From the NCBI GenBank assembly GCA_009914755.4, contig CP068257.2:38336001-38400000 (forward strand): 64,000 nt of DNA, given 5' to 3'. This document shows, piece after piece, positions 40,401 to 55,444 of this stretch (position 1 is its first letter; each line of letters begins with the position of its first letter). The DNA is from the human T2T-CHM13v2.0 reference genome, Homo sapiens. Below the pieces are notes generated by a model that saw only the letters and a list, made by a program, of their open reading frames with translations, searched no databases and had not been told where the DNA came from. Made by a program: the position numbers and the translations under genes.

Positions 40401-42189
40401 GTCTGGTTGGCTTTCAGGGGCTCTGTTATAAGAATGTAAAATCCTAGGAAATATTGAACGTTGTCTGAACTTGGGGTTTTGAGGTTGCGTCTATAGTCCT
40501 CAGATGCTTTTTTTTTTTTGATAGGGATAAAGAAGTAAAAATTGGAATGGGTTTTGGTTTCTAGGAATCAGGTGAGTTGCCTGAGAGATAGTTACATGGG
40601 GTTGATCCCCAGCCGGTTGCCATCAGAACCCGTAAACACCAGGTTCCTCCAGTCCAGACAAATCCAGACCCACAGCTCTGTTTCACATTAGTGTCATAAA
40701 AGATTTTCCTGTGCTTCTGTGTGTGGAATCAACATAGAAATTAAACAGTGCATCAAAAATCACTGACATTTTGTAATAACGTTCCTTGGCTTTCATTGGG
40801 AATTGGCAAATCTCAGAAAGAAATAATTGAGTAACTTGGGTGCTTGACTCGTGTCTATCACTCTTAGGAAGGGAGTGTCTGTGGTCCAGAATCACAGCCT
40901 AAGGAGAGCCCATCTCTCCAAGGACCCTGTCCATGCGGCTTCTCTATGTTCCTGATATTGGAGGAATAAAGGGGATAGGTCATCATCTTCCCACCATGTT
41001 AAGAAGCCATCTGTGTGGTCATTGGACTGGCAAAAAGACAAAGAGAATGTCCATTTCCATTTTTGATGCACTTGCTTCATGACCCTGAGCAGAGCCATTT
41101 GACTATTTTGGTTTTGCTTCTTTATTTGTGAAGATCATGAGAAGGAAGCTCACACCAGGAAAGCCCACCTTTGCTGTATTCCAGAAATAAATAAACGGGA
41201 CTTTTAAGGCAGGTTTTTGAGGATTTTTGTGAATGATTCTATAGGTACCTCAAACCAGCTTTCAAACATGCTCGTTAATGTTTTCAGGGTGCCAGGGCAT
41301 TATTGAGTAAATTGCAACTTTAGACATAAAAAACAAAATATGACTGAAAAAGAATTCTAAAAATCATGACAATTGTACATAAACTTAAAAAACTAGGTCA
41401 CTGGAAATTTTTGAATACTTAAGATCCGCTCCCATTCAAGGACTTTCCTTACAGTCAAATTAACTGGAATGCTTGGGTCCTGAAACCTGCTTTGTAGCAA
41501 ATGGTTTATTTTACTGGATGTTTCTTTATGTAAATATGGCTTTTTGCATATATAATATTTCTTCGTAGGGTAAATGTAGTGCTCACCAAAACAACCACTG
41601 TCTGGGAATTTTCTGTCAACTGAAATTGAGGTTGTTGTGAATTAGGGGAAATAGCTTTTATTGTCACTTTGGACTGCAGCAGGGCAAAAAAGGAAAACAA
41701 TAAGCATTGTGAATTATATGTTTTATGCTCCTATTATGAAGCTAATGATTTCCTATTTACTCTTTCTGATTCCTTGATAAGAAGCACCTGCAAAGGTATT
41801 GACAAAGCTTGAGCCATAGGTTTATGTAGAAGCCCGAAATGCTAACTTTCAGGAACGTGAACATATTCATTTCTCACAAATACAAATGAACATTGGCTTC
41901 TTGTGAAGTGTCAGTTCACTGGCAGGATGCACAGGAAACCCTGTAGTTTTATTTTTTCCAATATTTGCCCCTTCCAACTCTGCTAGGATGAACCCTTCCT
42001 TCTCCAGGCATCCTCAATGACTTTCTGCTGCAGCCCCACTTCTTTCTCAGCCCCACTGATTCTCAGCACAGTTTCATCTTGCTACTCAGGATTCAGTGCT
42101 GTTCCCCTGCAAACGTCACTGTCGAGATGGGTTCAGATCTCTTGTCTCCTGCCTACAGAGCAAGTACACCTCAGCTGTTTCCTCCTCAT

Positions 42190-42238
42190 CCCCCTTATCC
42201 TTCTCCTCCTCCTCCTCCTTCTTCTCCTCCTCCCTATC
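42190..42238. repeat. (CTC/CCT)n trinucleotide-like pyrimidine repeat
   Basis: 'ccttatccttctcctcctcctcctccttcttctcctcctccc'. Confidence 0.7.
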
Positions 42239-45200
42239 TCTCTTCTAGGATCCTCTGAGTATAAGGTCAGGAAGTTGGCAAGAAAGTGCAAGTGCCCCCC
42301 GAGTGACTGGGTGAGATGACAGTCTGCTTTGCTGTGTATTGTGGCCTCGGTGGCTGACGCTGGCCTTTGGTGCTCTTGCTAAGCTGGAAATCCAAGGGTC
42401 CATCATTGGTGGACACCCATATGGTTCTTTGGAGACCGAATGGAGATCTCCAACTCCTTAGCTCCCACTATAGGAAGTCATGCCCTCAGTTTTTGCTTCA
42501 TGTCTAAAAGACCCCTCTTGACTGGGTATCCACATGCCAGAACAACCTTTGGTATTCATTCAATCCACAGGGAACTCCTGGATTCTTGCAACGTCTCATG
42601 AGGAGGTTCAGGCTGCTTTGGGGTGCCCAGTCTTGAAGACCTCTCACTGGTCTTCGTGGAGGAGGAGTGCTGCTTTACCCCACTTTTCCTCTACTCCGAG
42701 GAGAGCTGTGGGGAGCAGCAGACAGAGCAGTAGGGTGGGGCTAGTGGTATCTCAGGAGGGAGAGAGGCTTATGGGGGAATCTTCTGATTGGCTACAGGGA
42801 CTCATTCTTCCAAGGACCCCATGGCTTCTAACTTCCTCATCAGGCTTGAATTGAAACACACCAGCTACCTAAATTTCCTGTCCAGAGAAATCCAATAAGG
42901 CTGAAAAGACTGATGTTTTTCTCCTTTTACAGAAGAGAAAACATCCCAGCCTATGTTGCCCCTCCATTTCACATTTCTTCCTCACACACGTGGTTCTTGA
43001 GCATCTAGGTCTTTCCTCCATCATCCAAATCAGTCCTTTTAATACTGAGATAACTATGTCCTCGAAGGCTCCTATGGTTACCTTGGCCTTATCTTTCTTC
43101 CTGAATGCATAATTCAGCACTAAATTTAATCAGTTTTGTCTTATTATGTATGCGAAGTCTACTCATCTCACTTCTCTAATCAGATGATACAGTTTTAAAA
43201 GTGGGAATCATATTTTCCAGGACTTATAGTTGCCTCTTTATTGAGTAGGAAATGCTGAACATTTGATAGAGTGTTCTTTATTGAGTAGAAGATGCTCTTT
43301 ATTGAGTAGAAAATGCTGAACATTTGATTGGGAGGGGCAGCTCAAACTAGTGGTAGAAGTTTGAGTTATTCTGATCTTTCTCTGAGTCCTTCTTTATTGG
43401 GAAACTGTGATGTGCTTGAAAAGATCCATAATTGATAGATGCTCCCCTTTTCCCTTATTTAATTTTATGTACAAATGTATGACCTTGGGCAGACTCAACC
43501 AAGTGGGGGCCCCATTCACAGGCTCTGATGGAGGAGACATCCCAGTTCCACCTATTCTGAGATCCAGAACCTTAACACCGGATGGTGGGTGACCTCTCCT
43601 GTTCAGCTTCCTTCCCAGTCTCCCTAGAAGGGGCCTCTCCATGGTGCCTTACAGAGGTAACCAAGGAAAAACTTGGGAAGAATCAAAATCATGCTAGGGA
43701 AGATGTATACACAGCTGGCTAGGCAGGAGACTTTGACTATAATATGTGCTTAAGAAACCAATATTCCTATGTACCCTAGAATAGCCTGGTTCTGGTACTG
43801 AGTGCAAATCCATTTCCCCCTGAGAGTTGGGGCCACTGAAGAGACCCTGTCTCTGCCCTCTTCTTTCCACTGGTGTGGTTCTGCGGCGTCCTTTTCTTTC
43901 TGGCCATTCACTGACTGCACTGGATGGACAACCACTTGTGTTCTGGCTGATTTAAAAACGGTAAGCCAGTCTCCAGCAATTATTCCTCAAAGTACTGACT
44001 CTGAAATATAGAAAGCTGTTCATGAATTGTACTCCTAGCTTCATTTGTGCTAAGACAGAGGTCCCTTAAAGTAACTCAGAGGTGCCGTTTTCTTCCAATG
44101 TGAGTTCCGCATAAGTCTCACTGCCACTCCTGACCTCTCCTCCCCAGGAATGGTTCTTGTTTCCTCCTGGTTATTTCAGTGGCTGGGTTGGTTCTAGAAT
44201 CCATTCTGGTTTTTGAGTGGACGAAAGCAGAAACTGGAGTCAGTGAGACATGGGTTCTGACCTCCACTTGGCTGCCCATTGGAGGTATGTGACTTTGGCT
44301 GACTCACCTGCACTCGCAGTATCTTCATGATGACTTCTGCCTCTGATCTTTTTCATTTGTAGAGAGCAGAATATGGATGTTAAACTATCAAAGGTCCCGT
44401 GCTTGCAGCAGCCCAAGAATGGGGTTGAGGACACAGACTGCTGTTGCTGCCAAAGGGCTTTGTGTCCACTTATGGTGGCTTACATTTGTATAACACACCA
44501 AAAATCATGTTGCTTCAGATGCAAATATCCAAATAGTGATGCCAATGATGAGGAAGCCTGACATCTGATCATACAGTATATTTATATCTACCATGAACTG
44601 GGTTGTTTTTTATTTTACTTTTTTTTTTTTGAGAGAATGTCATAATGTTTCCATGAAGGCATTCTGGTTGACATCTATGAACTTATAATGCCCCCTCACT
44701 TGAGTCTGAGGAAGGAACAAGGATGCGGGATCCTGGCGAGCCCTCCTTAAATTCAAGAGGCCAGGAGCCCTGCCTCCGGCGAATCTGGTATGGTGTACAA
44801 AGGTAGTATCTTGAATGCAGAGGACAAAGAGGAGTGGTTAGGAGAAGAAGCAGAAGGCATGCCAGCTTTGTAAGAGATAGTAATCAACCCAAGACCCAAG
44901 ATAAACAGGAAAAAAAAAAGTAAAAATGTTTTTAAAAATTCTCATTAAGCTGAACGCATTTGGGTCAAGTAAGTCTAAGTCTTTCACAAATTGTTCATTT
45001 GGGCCTAAACCCAAGAGCACCCTTTGGCTGAAAATATCAACTTGAAGAGTTACTTGAAAATTATGAAACATTAGCAGTGAAACTTAATTAAAAATAGCCA
45101 TTGCTTACCATGTGAGAGGACTTCCTGCTTAATGGGGACACGGTAGAGGATGTTTAAATTGTTTACAGCATAAAATTTGCTTTCATCCTAATGAGAAAAC

Positions 45201-45769
45201 TCAAAAACATTCAGAAAAGTAACTAAAAAAGAAAAAGACTTAATGGTCTTACAGGGCTTGGGCCCATGAATAGCCTCTTCTGCAAGGAGCAACTGGTCAC
45301 CCCAAGAAGCAATAAACCCTCCTGAAGTGACAAGAGGGGCAGCATTTCCAACGTTTATCAGCCTGAAATTTTTGTTAGTATGAATGTCCTTTCTGTTAAC
45401 CCTCGGGCTCTCTGTTAAGCAGGTGTCTTTTTTTTGTTGTTGTTTTGTTTATCAAGCTGTTGATTCTCTTTGAGGCTGAGGAGGTTCCCATGAGTTTGTA
45501 ACTCGACCTGACCCCAGCGTGTTAATTCCTACAATCCAGACCCTGGGAAATGCTCCCTCATTAAACAAGACCCTGCTAACTCCTAAGGGCCCTACACAGC
45601 AGCACAGCGTATTTTAGATAAGTTAACCCTTGCTTTGCCATGGATCCGAGAGCACAGCTTCTCATCTGCCGAAGGTGCAGGCTGGGTGCTCAAAGCCTTG
45701 CCTGGTCAGCCCTGGGAAACGCGTGGTGATGGAATCCAAGCCATGGAGCCCCACGCCTGGCTCAGCCAC

Positions 45770-45960
45770 CCATGAGTAGCATGGGGGAAGTTATTACAGC
45801 TCTCCAGCTCTGTGCCACTGTTTCGGCATCTGTAAAATGAAGATTGCTGTTTCATAAGGATATTGGGAAGATCACATGAGATAATGCCTGGGAAGGGCTT
45901 TCTAGGTTCCTGGCATGTGATAAGGACTCAATCAATGTGCAGTTGCTGTTTCATCACTGT
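45770..45960 (+). mobile_element. MIR SINE fragment
   Basis: 'ctctgtgccactgtttcggcatctgtaaaatgaagat...ataatgcctgggaagggctt...gcctggcatgtgataaggactcaatcaatg' follows the MIR core and tail pattern. Confidence 0.5.
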
Positions 45961-46769
45961 TTTCATTCCACAAAACTGTATTGAGCCCCCACTGTTTACC
46001 AGGCACTGGGCTAGACCAGTGGGGGGTGCCAAGATGAATAGATGAACCCATTGGACCCAGAAGCTCCATCTGGTAAGAGGAGAGACAAGTAGAGTAGTCA
46101 GAGAGCTCAGGGTGACCCTGGCTTTGATGGAGGTTTCCCGGGGTATTCAGGAGCATCTGTCCCAGATGTGGGCTCACGGGGTGACACCTGAAGGGACATT
46201 CTGAAGACTGGGTAGGAGTTAGGCATGGCAAAGTGTTCCCAATAAAGAGAAGCCCTCGAGCAAAAGCTCAGAGGCATGGAGAGCCATGGTGAGTTCTGGA
46301 GTTACTGCTGCAAGGAGCTGGGGAGTTGAGTCTGTGTAGTATGTAGAGCGAGACCAGGGGACCCTGAGTGTCATGTCCTGGGGCAACAGGAAGTCACCAA
46401 AAATGTCAGTGGAGGACTTATGTCATCAGATTCCCATTTCGGGAGAATGGAGTTTTCAGGAATATGAAGGAGGGGATGGAGGGAGAAGGACTGGAGTCCA
46501 AGTGCCTGGTTGGGAGAACACTGCATTGAGAGAAGGAGCACCTGGCCCCAGCAACGGCTGCAGAGATGGACAAGAAAACACAGAAACAAGCGGCGGTTGA
46601 GACACAGAGTAGACAGCATTGGCAAGCAAGGAGCTGAGGCGTCTGGAGGGGAGAAAGGCATTGAGACATGTTAGAATCTGGCAGGTGGTACAAGGTGAAG
46701 CCTTCTCACCTTGCAAGAGCAGCCCCTGAGACAGTGATAAGGAGTTCTGGGTGCTTCATACTCCAGCTT

Positions 46770-46930
46770 TTATACTTCATAAGTCCATGACCTTGGGCAA
46801 GTGGTTATTTGCAAGTCTTAGATTCCTCACTTGTAAAATGGGGGTAGTAACACCTTCCATGGGGGCTGTGGTGCACATCAAACAAAGGACTGTGTGCACT
46901 GAACACAGAGCCTGGAGCCTGAGGCATGGT
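46770..46930 (+). mobile_element. MIR SINE fragment
   Basis: 'catgaccttgggcaagtggttatttgcaagtcttagattcctcacttgtaaaatggggg...acacagagcctggagcctgagg' follows the MIR core pattern (gaccttgggcaagtcacttaacctctctgagcctcagtttcctcatctgtaaaatgggg). Confidence 0.5.
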
Positions 46931-49900
46931 CAGGGGGCCCAAGTCAAAAGCTTGTCATCAGAAGAGTCATTATATCGTTTGAGGACACGAACATTGCCAG
47001 GGGCCAGTCAATATCAACTGCATGGTGATTTGAGGTTTAATCAATTGCAGTTGTGGTCTCCATAAAAATGGGTCCTTTGCTTTGCACACAGGAAAAGGAT
47101 TTGAATGAATCCCAAGTGGGTTACTATTCTGTGCAAGCTACAGAAATAGTCAGCATGCAAGTGACACAGATAAGGCACAGTCCCTTTCCCTTGGGGAGCT
47201 GAGAGCTGGTGAGTAGGCTGAGTGTCAGCAGAGAGTCTAGGTTTCAGGCTCACATCACTGCCCCTTCTACTGCCATTGTCTCAGGTGAGTTTCCCATGTT
47301 CCCTGAGTAGTGTTCTCCACCTGGAAGAGGGGGATCATCATGCTTGCTTTCTGCCTGTTGGGAGAATTAGAGGAGATACAGGGCAAGATCTGGCCTGTCC
47401 TGGTTTAATTATCATTATTAGGGGAAATAAAATGTAATCACAAATGGTTATTATCTAGCATAAAGTGAAAAGTGCCATTAGAGAAGGATCAGGAAGTTCA
47501 GAGGAGAAAGGGGTCATATTCAGCTGAGATAATCAGGAAATGGAACTTCCACTGAACGTGGAAGAAAGGCAGGGATTGTGGTGGCTTCACACGTTGACTT
47601 GGCTACGCTGGAGTTACATTTTCCAGAATTCTGCTCCCCTTGGAGGGTGGGTTGGAGGTGGGCCACAGGGCATTTGCAGGAGGTTTTGAAGGTAAAGGAG
47701 AAGCAACAGCTATGTTCCTTCAGCCCTTGGAACATAGCAACAGCTATGTTCCTCCAATGCACAGGGCTGGGCTCTGAAACTGCCTGTGCAATTTGTCCTC
47801 ACCTGTGGCTCATCTGGCTGCTCAGCCTCCAGCTCCTGCTGAATGCCCACTCTGTTCTCCAACTCCTGGGCTGCAGGCAGACTCAGCCTCATGACAAGGA
47901 AAGCCAGCTTCTCCTGCAGAACCCCCAGCCCTGTCACTGAAGTTGAGGCCTAGAAGTGTGAGAGACTAGGGTATGAGGCCTAAAGCTACAGCCCAATATT
48001 ATGTGTGTGCCTTCACATCTGGGGAACCCAGCCTAATGGCAAATTCCCCATCGCACGGTGCTCCTGCAGAGAAGGTGTCCTGGCTAAGCCGCTCTCCCTA
48101 ATACCAGAGCCAGGCACAGTACCTGCTATTGTTGGTAGGGGACTCTGTTCTCTGCAGGAACCATCTCCTCCTGCAGAAGCCAAGGGGCACCCCATTCTCT
48201 TGATACCACAGAGCCTGCCTCCCTTAGCCTTTTCTTGTTCACTCAGCTCCTGGGTGAAACCCCTGTGTGGCACTGAATGGTATATGGTGTCCTCCTCCCA
48301 ACCTGTCAATTTTACCTGTTCAGTGTTGGGGTGTCCTGTGTTTGACCAGGCTCAAAATCCTGGGCAGGGAATCCCTCCTTTGCCTACAAGGTGAAGAGGT
48401 GATGTTCAGAACACAGCCCCACGCCAGGTTCCAGTCTGTTCTCCTGGATTCTGGCTCCTGCCTGTGGCCTCACTCTCTCCCACTTCAAGTCCCTCCCCTC
48501 TTCCTCACTGCCTCCCCATGGACTTTAAATCCCAGCACCAGACACAAAGACGACAGCCTTGCAGAGACCATTTAACTAGCTTCCATCATTATGTGGCATC
48601 AAATCCCTATAATCATATCATAAGGTATCAAATCCCATATCATAAGGGATTTATTATAAGGGAATGTGACCTCACACAGGGATGGAAGCTGGTTAAACAG
48701 TCAAGGATGGAAGCCGGTTAAATAGTCTCTCTCTGTCTCTCGGTCTCTATCACTCTGATGGTTTTGTTGCTCAGATCTAACCCTGATTTTTATAGACTCT
48801 AACTGGTCAATCAGGCTGAAGGAATAACAGGATCTGAAAAATCTAAAGATGGTGTAGAAAAAGGCTGCTTCTGTGACAGGCGGGAATTTCTCAATCCACC
48901 ACCTTCGGTGTGCTAGAAATGTGACTGACTTTCTCTCCGGAGGCCCCTTTCTTGCAAGGAGCAGAAATAGAGTCTCCCTAATTCACAGGAAGCACAATGA
49001 CTATTCAGATTCCTCTCCCACCACCTTCACTTCAGAGGGGACACATTCCTTCCAGGGACTGACATGGCGGCTTCTCAGTCTCAGCAGGGGAGAGACGGGT
49101 TTTCCTTGGCCTCGGTAGGCATTGGCCTCCTCTGCAGTGAGTGTTGTCCCATTGGCACTTATTGGTTCCACTGGCCAGTCCACCCTACCCAAGGACAGTG
49201 TCCCCTCCTCCATTGTCTGCTGCCATATTTGATTCCTCTCTACTCTATTATGGGTCAGCAGGGGCGGGGGCCCACTGTGAGCCTTCCTCATGCCCTTGGC
49301 CTCAGCCTTCTGAGCAGACACCTGTTCCTACTTGTCTTGGTGCCCAGGGTAGCAGGAGGCAAAGTGCACTCAGGACCCCTTAACTCTAAGATTGTCAAAC
49401 AACGACAATCCCCTTGGGGCCAGTCATTGGGTGGGTTCATGGTTCCTTCTGAGAAACCCCATATGCACTTCATTCTTTTCATTTCCCATGCTCTCTCTTT
49501 TGGCCTGAAGAGAGTATTTTTCCTTAGAAGAAGCAAGTAGTTAAAAAATATTTTCTTCTTTTCTTTGACCTAGAGCTTAACAAAAGACAAAACTCAGATG
49601 ATGAAGTACTTAACATCTTCCTTCTTTCTTTCCTGCTGACTTGATGACTCTGCTTTGGAGCAGTGGGGGCCTCAGGGTCGCAGTGGAGAAAGCCATGGGC
49701 CAGTGGGAGGTGAAACGGAGCCAAAGGTGGGAGAGGGCTCGAGGGAAGAGGCCATGGATAAAAGGAACACCCTTTACACAGAGGTCAGGGGAAGATGGCC
49801 TTAGGAAAAGCCATTTGATTTGATATTTGAGAGATGTTTGGTGACCTTCAAGAGCATATTTTTGGGAGAATGCCAGAAAGAAAATAAGGTTGTAAAGAGT

Positions 49901-51039
49901 AAGAAGGTCAGTGAAGACTGTAAGGACAGGAAATGTGGAAAAGCTCAGTATCAGCCACTTACTTTTATGGGATCCTAGTAAATAAAGGGGGAGACAGACG
50001 ATGGAAACTTTAGGGCATAAAGGGAACATTTAGGTCCAAGCAGGGTGGAGGAAAGATATTTTTAGGGTGAGGGAGACTTGGGTATCATGGTTGACAGAAG
50101 GGAAAGAGCGAGAGTGCAGGAGAGACCAAACATGTATAGTGAAAATGCTCAACCTCTTATGGAATCTTGGCTACACTTCTGCTAGCTTGGTGACCCTGGA
50201 AAAGATAATAAACCTCTCAGAGCCTCACATTCTTAATATATGGAACTTTTAGAGATGGCAAGCCTAAGTCAAAAGCTAGTTTTGTAATGTTATACCATCA
50301 ATATAGCAACAATCATGCACAGTGTGCCTCTACTTCCATAAATATGGAACACATATATGGTGCTTACTATGTGTCAGGCCTTGTTCTCCATATTTAATGC
50401 ATATGAACTCACTGAATTGCATGCAGTTAACATCTACTAACTCAATTCTTAAAGCAACCCTAGGAGCCCAATTTTTAAATGATCCCTGTCTTACAAATGA
50501 GGCAACTGAGGAACAGAGGGGTTAAATAACTCTCCCAAGAACATAGAGAAGGCAGTTGACAGGGAAATGGGCTTGACAACCTATGCTCTTAACCACTGTA
50601 CAACACTGTCTCATGCTGAATGAGCTTTCAATATAAAAACTGATTATTGATTGATTGATTGGCTGAGCAGAGAAAGATGAAGGAAATTGGTGGTAAACAA
50701 CCACAAAGAAGGAATAAAAGTGTAGAGCAATAGACCAAGTGAAAGGGTTGACCTGTGAAGAGCAAAGAACAAGCCCAGGGGAAAATACAGAGGTGCTGGG
50801 TAACAGCAATGCTGTTTGAGCCCCTGCATCCAGCTGCTCCTGAAGCTGATAAAATCCATTTTCAGACCTTTGGTTAAGCCAACAAATTTTCTCTCTTGCT
50901 GAAACCAAGATGGGGTGGGTGTCCACTCACTTGCATCTGAAAGATGATTCACTAATATGCTCATCTATTTTGAAGTCTGGTAGCAGAGAAGAGAGGTGGC
51001 GTAGGCTAGCAATTCATGATGGTACCAGCCTCTGGCTAC

Positions 51040-51470
51040 CTCCTTGTATTAGTTTCCCAGGGCTGCCGTAGGAAGTGACCCCAACTGTGTGGCTTAAATC
51101 AGCAGACATTTATTCTCTTATAGTTGTGGAGGCCAGAAGTCTGAAATCAAGGTGTCAGGTCAGCAGAGCCATGCTCCCTCCGAAGGCTGTAGGTGAGAAT
51201 AATTCCTTGTGTCTTCCTGACTTCCAAGGTTGCCATGAATCCTTGGTGTTCCTTGGCTTGCAGATGCATTGCCATCTTCCCTGCTTGTCAGTCTGTGTTT
51301 CCTTCTTCTTATAAAGACACCAGTTTTATTGAATTAGGGCCCACCCTAGTTGAAAACAACCTCGTCTTTATTTGGTGGCAACTGCGAGAGCCTATTTCCA
51401 GGTCACATTCGCAGGTACTGGAGTTAGGGCTTCAACATGTCTTTCTGGGAGGCTCTCATGTCTATTGTAC
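51040..51470. mobile_element. MLT1-family MaLR LTR (largely complete)
   Basis: 'tattagtttcccagggctgccgtaggaagtgaccccaactgtgtggcttaaatcagcagacatttattctcttatagttgtggaggccagaagtctgaaatcaaggtgtcagg...cttataaagacaccagttttattgaattagggcccaccctagttgaaaacaacctc...ggtcacattcgcaggtactggagttagggcttcaacatg' is co-linear with the MLT1 consensus. Confidence 0.6.
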
Positions 51471-51809
51471 ATGGCCATGCATGGCAGAGAATCATTTTGG
51501 TGTTTTCCCCTTGTTCCCTCTATCTTCCACTGGCATTCAGGCAGCTTTCTATCTCCCAGCCCTCAAGGGAAGGAATGATCATGTCTAGGATAAAGGCCAG
51601 ATTTTTGATTTTTGAGTTCCAAAGCAGGCTCTTGAAATTCACTCTACAGATTACAGTCTAAAAACTAAAGGATATAGATGAACAAGTGCTGGAGTTTGTT
51701 GAGAGACAAAAGGATTCGTGAGTTTCAGCAAGAAAGCTCAGAGGCCTGAACACAGAAAGCATAAAATAAGCCAGAAAGCTGGGGGCACACAAAGTAAGAT
51801 GCAAATGCA

Positions 51810-52170
51810 GTGATATGGTTTGGCTCTGTCCACACCCAAGTCTCATCTTGAATTGTAGCTCCCATAATTCCCACATGTTGTGGGAGGGACCCAGTGGGAG
51901 ATAATTGAATCATGGGGGTGGGTCTTTCCTGTGCTATTCTCATGATAGTGAATAAGTCTCATGAGATCTGATGGTTTTATACAGGGGAGTTTCCCTGCAC
52001 AAGCTCTCTTCTCCTGTCTGCTGCCATATGAGACATGCCTTTCAACTTCCATCATAATTGTGAGGCCTCCCCAGCCACGTGAAATTGTTAAGTCAATTAA
52101 ACCTCTTTCTTTTGTAAATGGCCAACTCTCAGCTATGTCTTTATCAGCAGCATGAAAGAGAACTAATACA
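51810..52170 (+). mobile_element. THE1/MST-family MaLR solo LTR (sense)
   Basis: 'tgatatggtttggctctgtccacacccaagtctcatcttgaattgtagctcccataattcccacatgttgtgggagggacccagtgggagataattgaatcatggggg...gataagtctcatgagatctgatggttttatacagggg...ttatcagcagcatgaaagagaactaataca' is a near-textbook THE1B consensus match. Confidence 0.8.
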
Positions 52171-52914
52171 CACAGCTATTTACTTGCGAAGAAAAAGGGA
52201 GTTCAACGGGCAAGGGGCTCAGAAGGCAATGAGGCCAGAACTGAGCTTGCTGGGGGGAGTCTGAGAAGAGCCCTTCCACCCACCATGATTTCTGCCTCCT
52301 CCCAGAGTGAAGACTCTAATGAGGAGGAGTCACGAAGAGAGGTTTGGGGAGCTCCATAAGGAAGCCTGCAAGCACTGCAAACCCCTTAAGATGGGACCAG
52401 AGCTCATGGCCCTGGGGTAGCTGAAACCACAGCTGGGGGAAGCAATTAGCCAGAGAGGCCACAGGGTCCTGCACATCCTAGGGAGGAGCAGGCCTCCAAA
52501 GTGGACCTTGTGCCTGGAAGGTCAGTGTGAAATTCAGGTGCCACGGCAGACACCACGGACTTCAGCAATGACTGTCAACCAAGAATTCTCAAAGACCATG
52601 AGGGGTGACTTCACTGAGGCAGAGGTAACTGCAAGAGCTGTAGGCAGCCCTTGTGCCAGGAACCCTGTCCTAAACTGCGTGTAAGTTCTCTCCCCTGCTT
52701 CCCCCAGAACGTAGAATGCTGAAAAGTTAAGGAGAACAGAAAGGACAGGAGGGAGTGCTGCATTTGGAAAAACCTGGACAAGCAGTACTCTAGTGATTGC
52801 TAGAAAGGATTGCTTCCATGTGGGTGTACTGTATTTTACACTTTCATATGCCACTAGAGTCCAGCAGAATTGTTTCCTTTACTTACTGAAGTATTACTCA
52901 ATATAATCTGGCTA

Positions 52915-53213
<299 letters not shown>

Positions 53214-55130
53214 ATAATTTGGCTCTTGCAAAAGATATAACATTTGAGAAACTCAAACTTGCTTTTATTACTTATTATTAAGTCTAATACATAAGAAATA
53301 AATGAGAGCATGTAGCAACGGCAACAAAGACTATTTAAAACCTTAAACATGTTTCTTTTAGGCTGATAACAGAACAGTTTCATTTGAAGCTTAAGATGTA
53401 AATGCTGCCATTTATACATATTGGTAGAAATCCTTTAGAAGGTGGCTTTAATTAGCTGCTCTTCTCTTCTTTTCTCCTCCTCCTCATTCTTAAATAGATG
53501 TCAATATAATTAACTTTATTAATGAAGCTGGTTAAAATGAGCTGAAGACATGGTATCAGATCGGCAAAGAACTGCACAATTAAGCATTTGAACATGAGTA
53601 AACACATGCATATATGCTGTTGGGCTAGGAATTGATTTCAGGATACACGGGCTGTCGCCCAATCAAAAGTGCCGTGGGAGTGTGCCTTATGCTGATATGT
53701 ACAAATATAACAGAATGACCCTTTTCAGCCCAAATGTTGAGACAGTGCTTGGGATGACTGAGTGGGATGTTGGCTGAGACATTCTCCATGGGCAGGTGTT
53801 ACTAAGCATGCATGGTCTTATGTAAGTAGAATAAAAGAATGGCTAACGATCATCATTAATGCTTATTGGAGAACTTGTTATGTGCCACGCACTATTCTAA
53901 GCCCTTTATATGTCTTAACTCATTTGATAACTCAAAATATCCCTAAATGGAGTGAGTTACTGTTATTTCTCATGCCTTAAAGATAAGAACATTGAGCCAT
54001 GGTTAGTACCTCGTCCACGGTCAGAAGCTTATCTGTGGTGCAGCGCGGTTCTGAACTCAACCTCTGGCTCCAGATCCCACACTCTTAAGTACTGCATTTT
54101 AAGTTCCCTTCAGGGTTGGTGCACATGGGGAAGTCAGTGAAAAAGTCTTGAGATGGTTAAAGAAAAGCAAATAAGCCGTCTTTGGGCTGTTGAGTGAAAT
54201 CTCAGGATTAACTGCTTGATGAAAAGATCCTCGTGTGATGTGTGTTCAGGGTCTCAGAGTGGCTTCCATCTGTACAACAGGAAGGCTCCAATGAAGCTCA
54301 TTCTCCCAAATTTATTGTTTTTAGTCCAAAGATAAGCTTCTGTTAACTTTGTGTGCAATGCAATTTATTTTTGGCCCTCTTTTGAAATATTGTGCTCAGC
54401 TCAAGTCAACAAGCTCTTGCCCCAGGTGTTAGAAACATGGGCCACATCCTAGCAGGAAGCTGGGAGCATGAATCAGCCACAAAGAAGGGCTTCACAAAGG
54501 AACCTTAAAAGGAGGCCAAACTCAAATTTCTGGAAATGTGTTAAAGGTTCCACATGTATTCTGAGATCTATAAATGTCTCATCTTCTATCTTTGAAAGCC
54601 CTTACTTCTAGTCCAAATGTAAATCCTCATTAGGTTATAAACCCTGAAAGGATTTTGTCATCAAAGATAGTGCTAAAATTAGATGCTTCCTGGCTGAGCC
54701 CATTCTGCTTGCTTGAAGAAGCCAAATTACTTCCCCCTCTGTGAATTCAAAGCCCTGACGGATTCGCCTCTCCCTCCAGGCTGTCAATCCAGTTGAAAAA
54801 GTCATTTGCTGAGTACCTGGGTATCAGTGTCCTCTCAGGTCGTCCTCTGCAGGGGGGCTCACAAGGGAAGATTTGAACCCAGAGCAAGCCTGTTCTGACT
54901 GCTGTGGGATGCAGAGGCAGTGGCTATCATGCTGCTTCCCACTTCCTTCCCCTTGGCTCCTGGGCAGCTGCAGAGCAGACTCAGGCTGGCTCACGTCTCC
55001 TTGAAAGCATAGCAGAGACTTTTGCATTTCAGGAAGATTTGATCTTATACTTTCTCCTTTACTTTTTGCCAAGATTTACTTGCACTATGCATTGAGAAGC
55101 TCAGATAGTATTCAGTAAGCGTCGCCCTAG

Positions 55131-55444
<314 letters not shown>

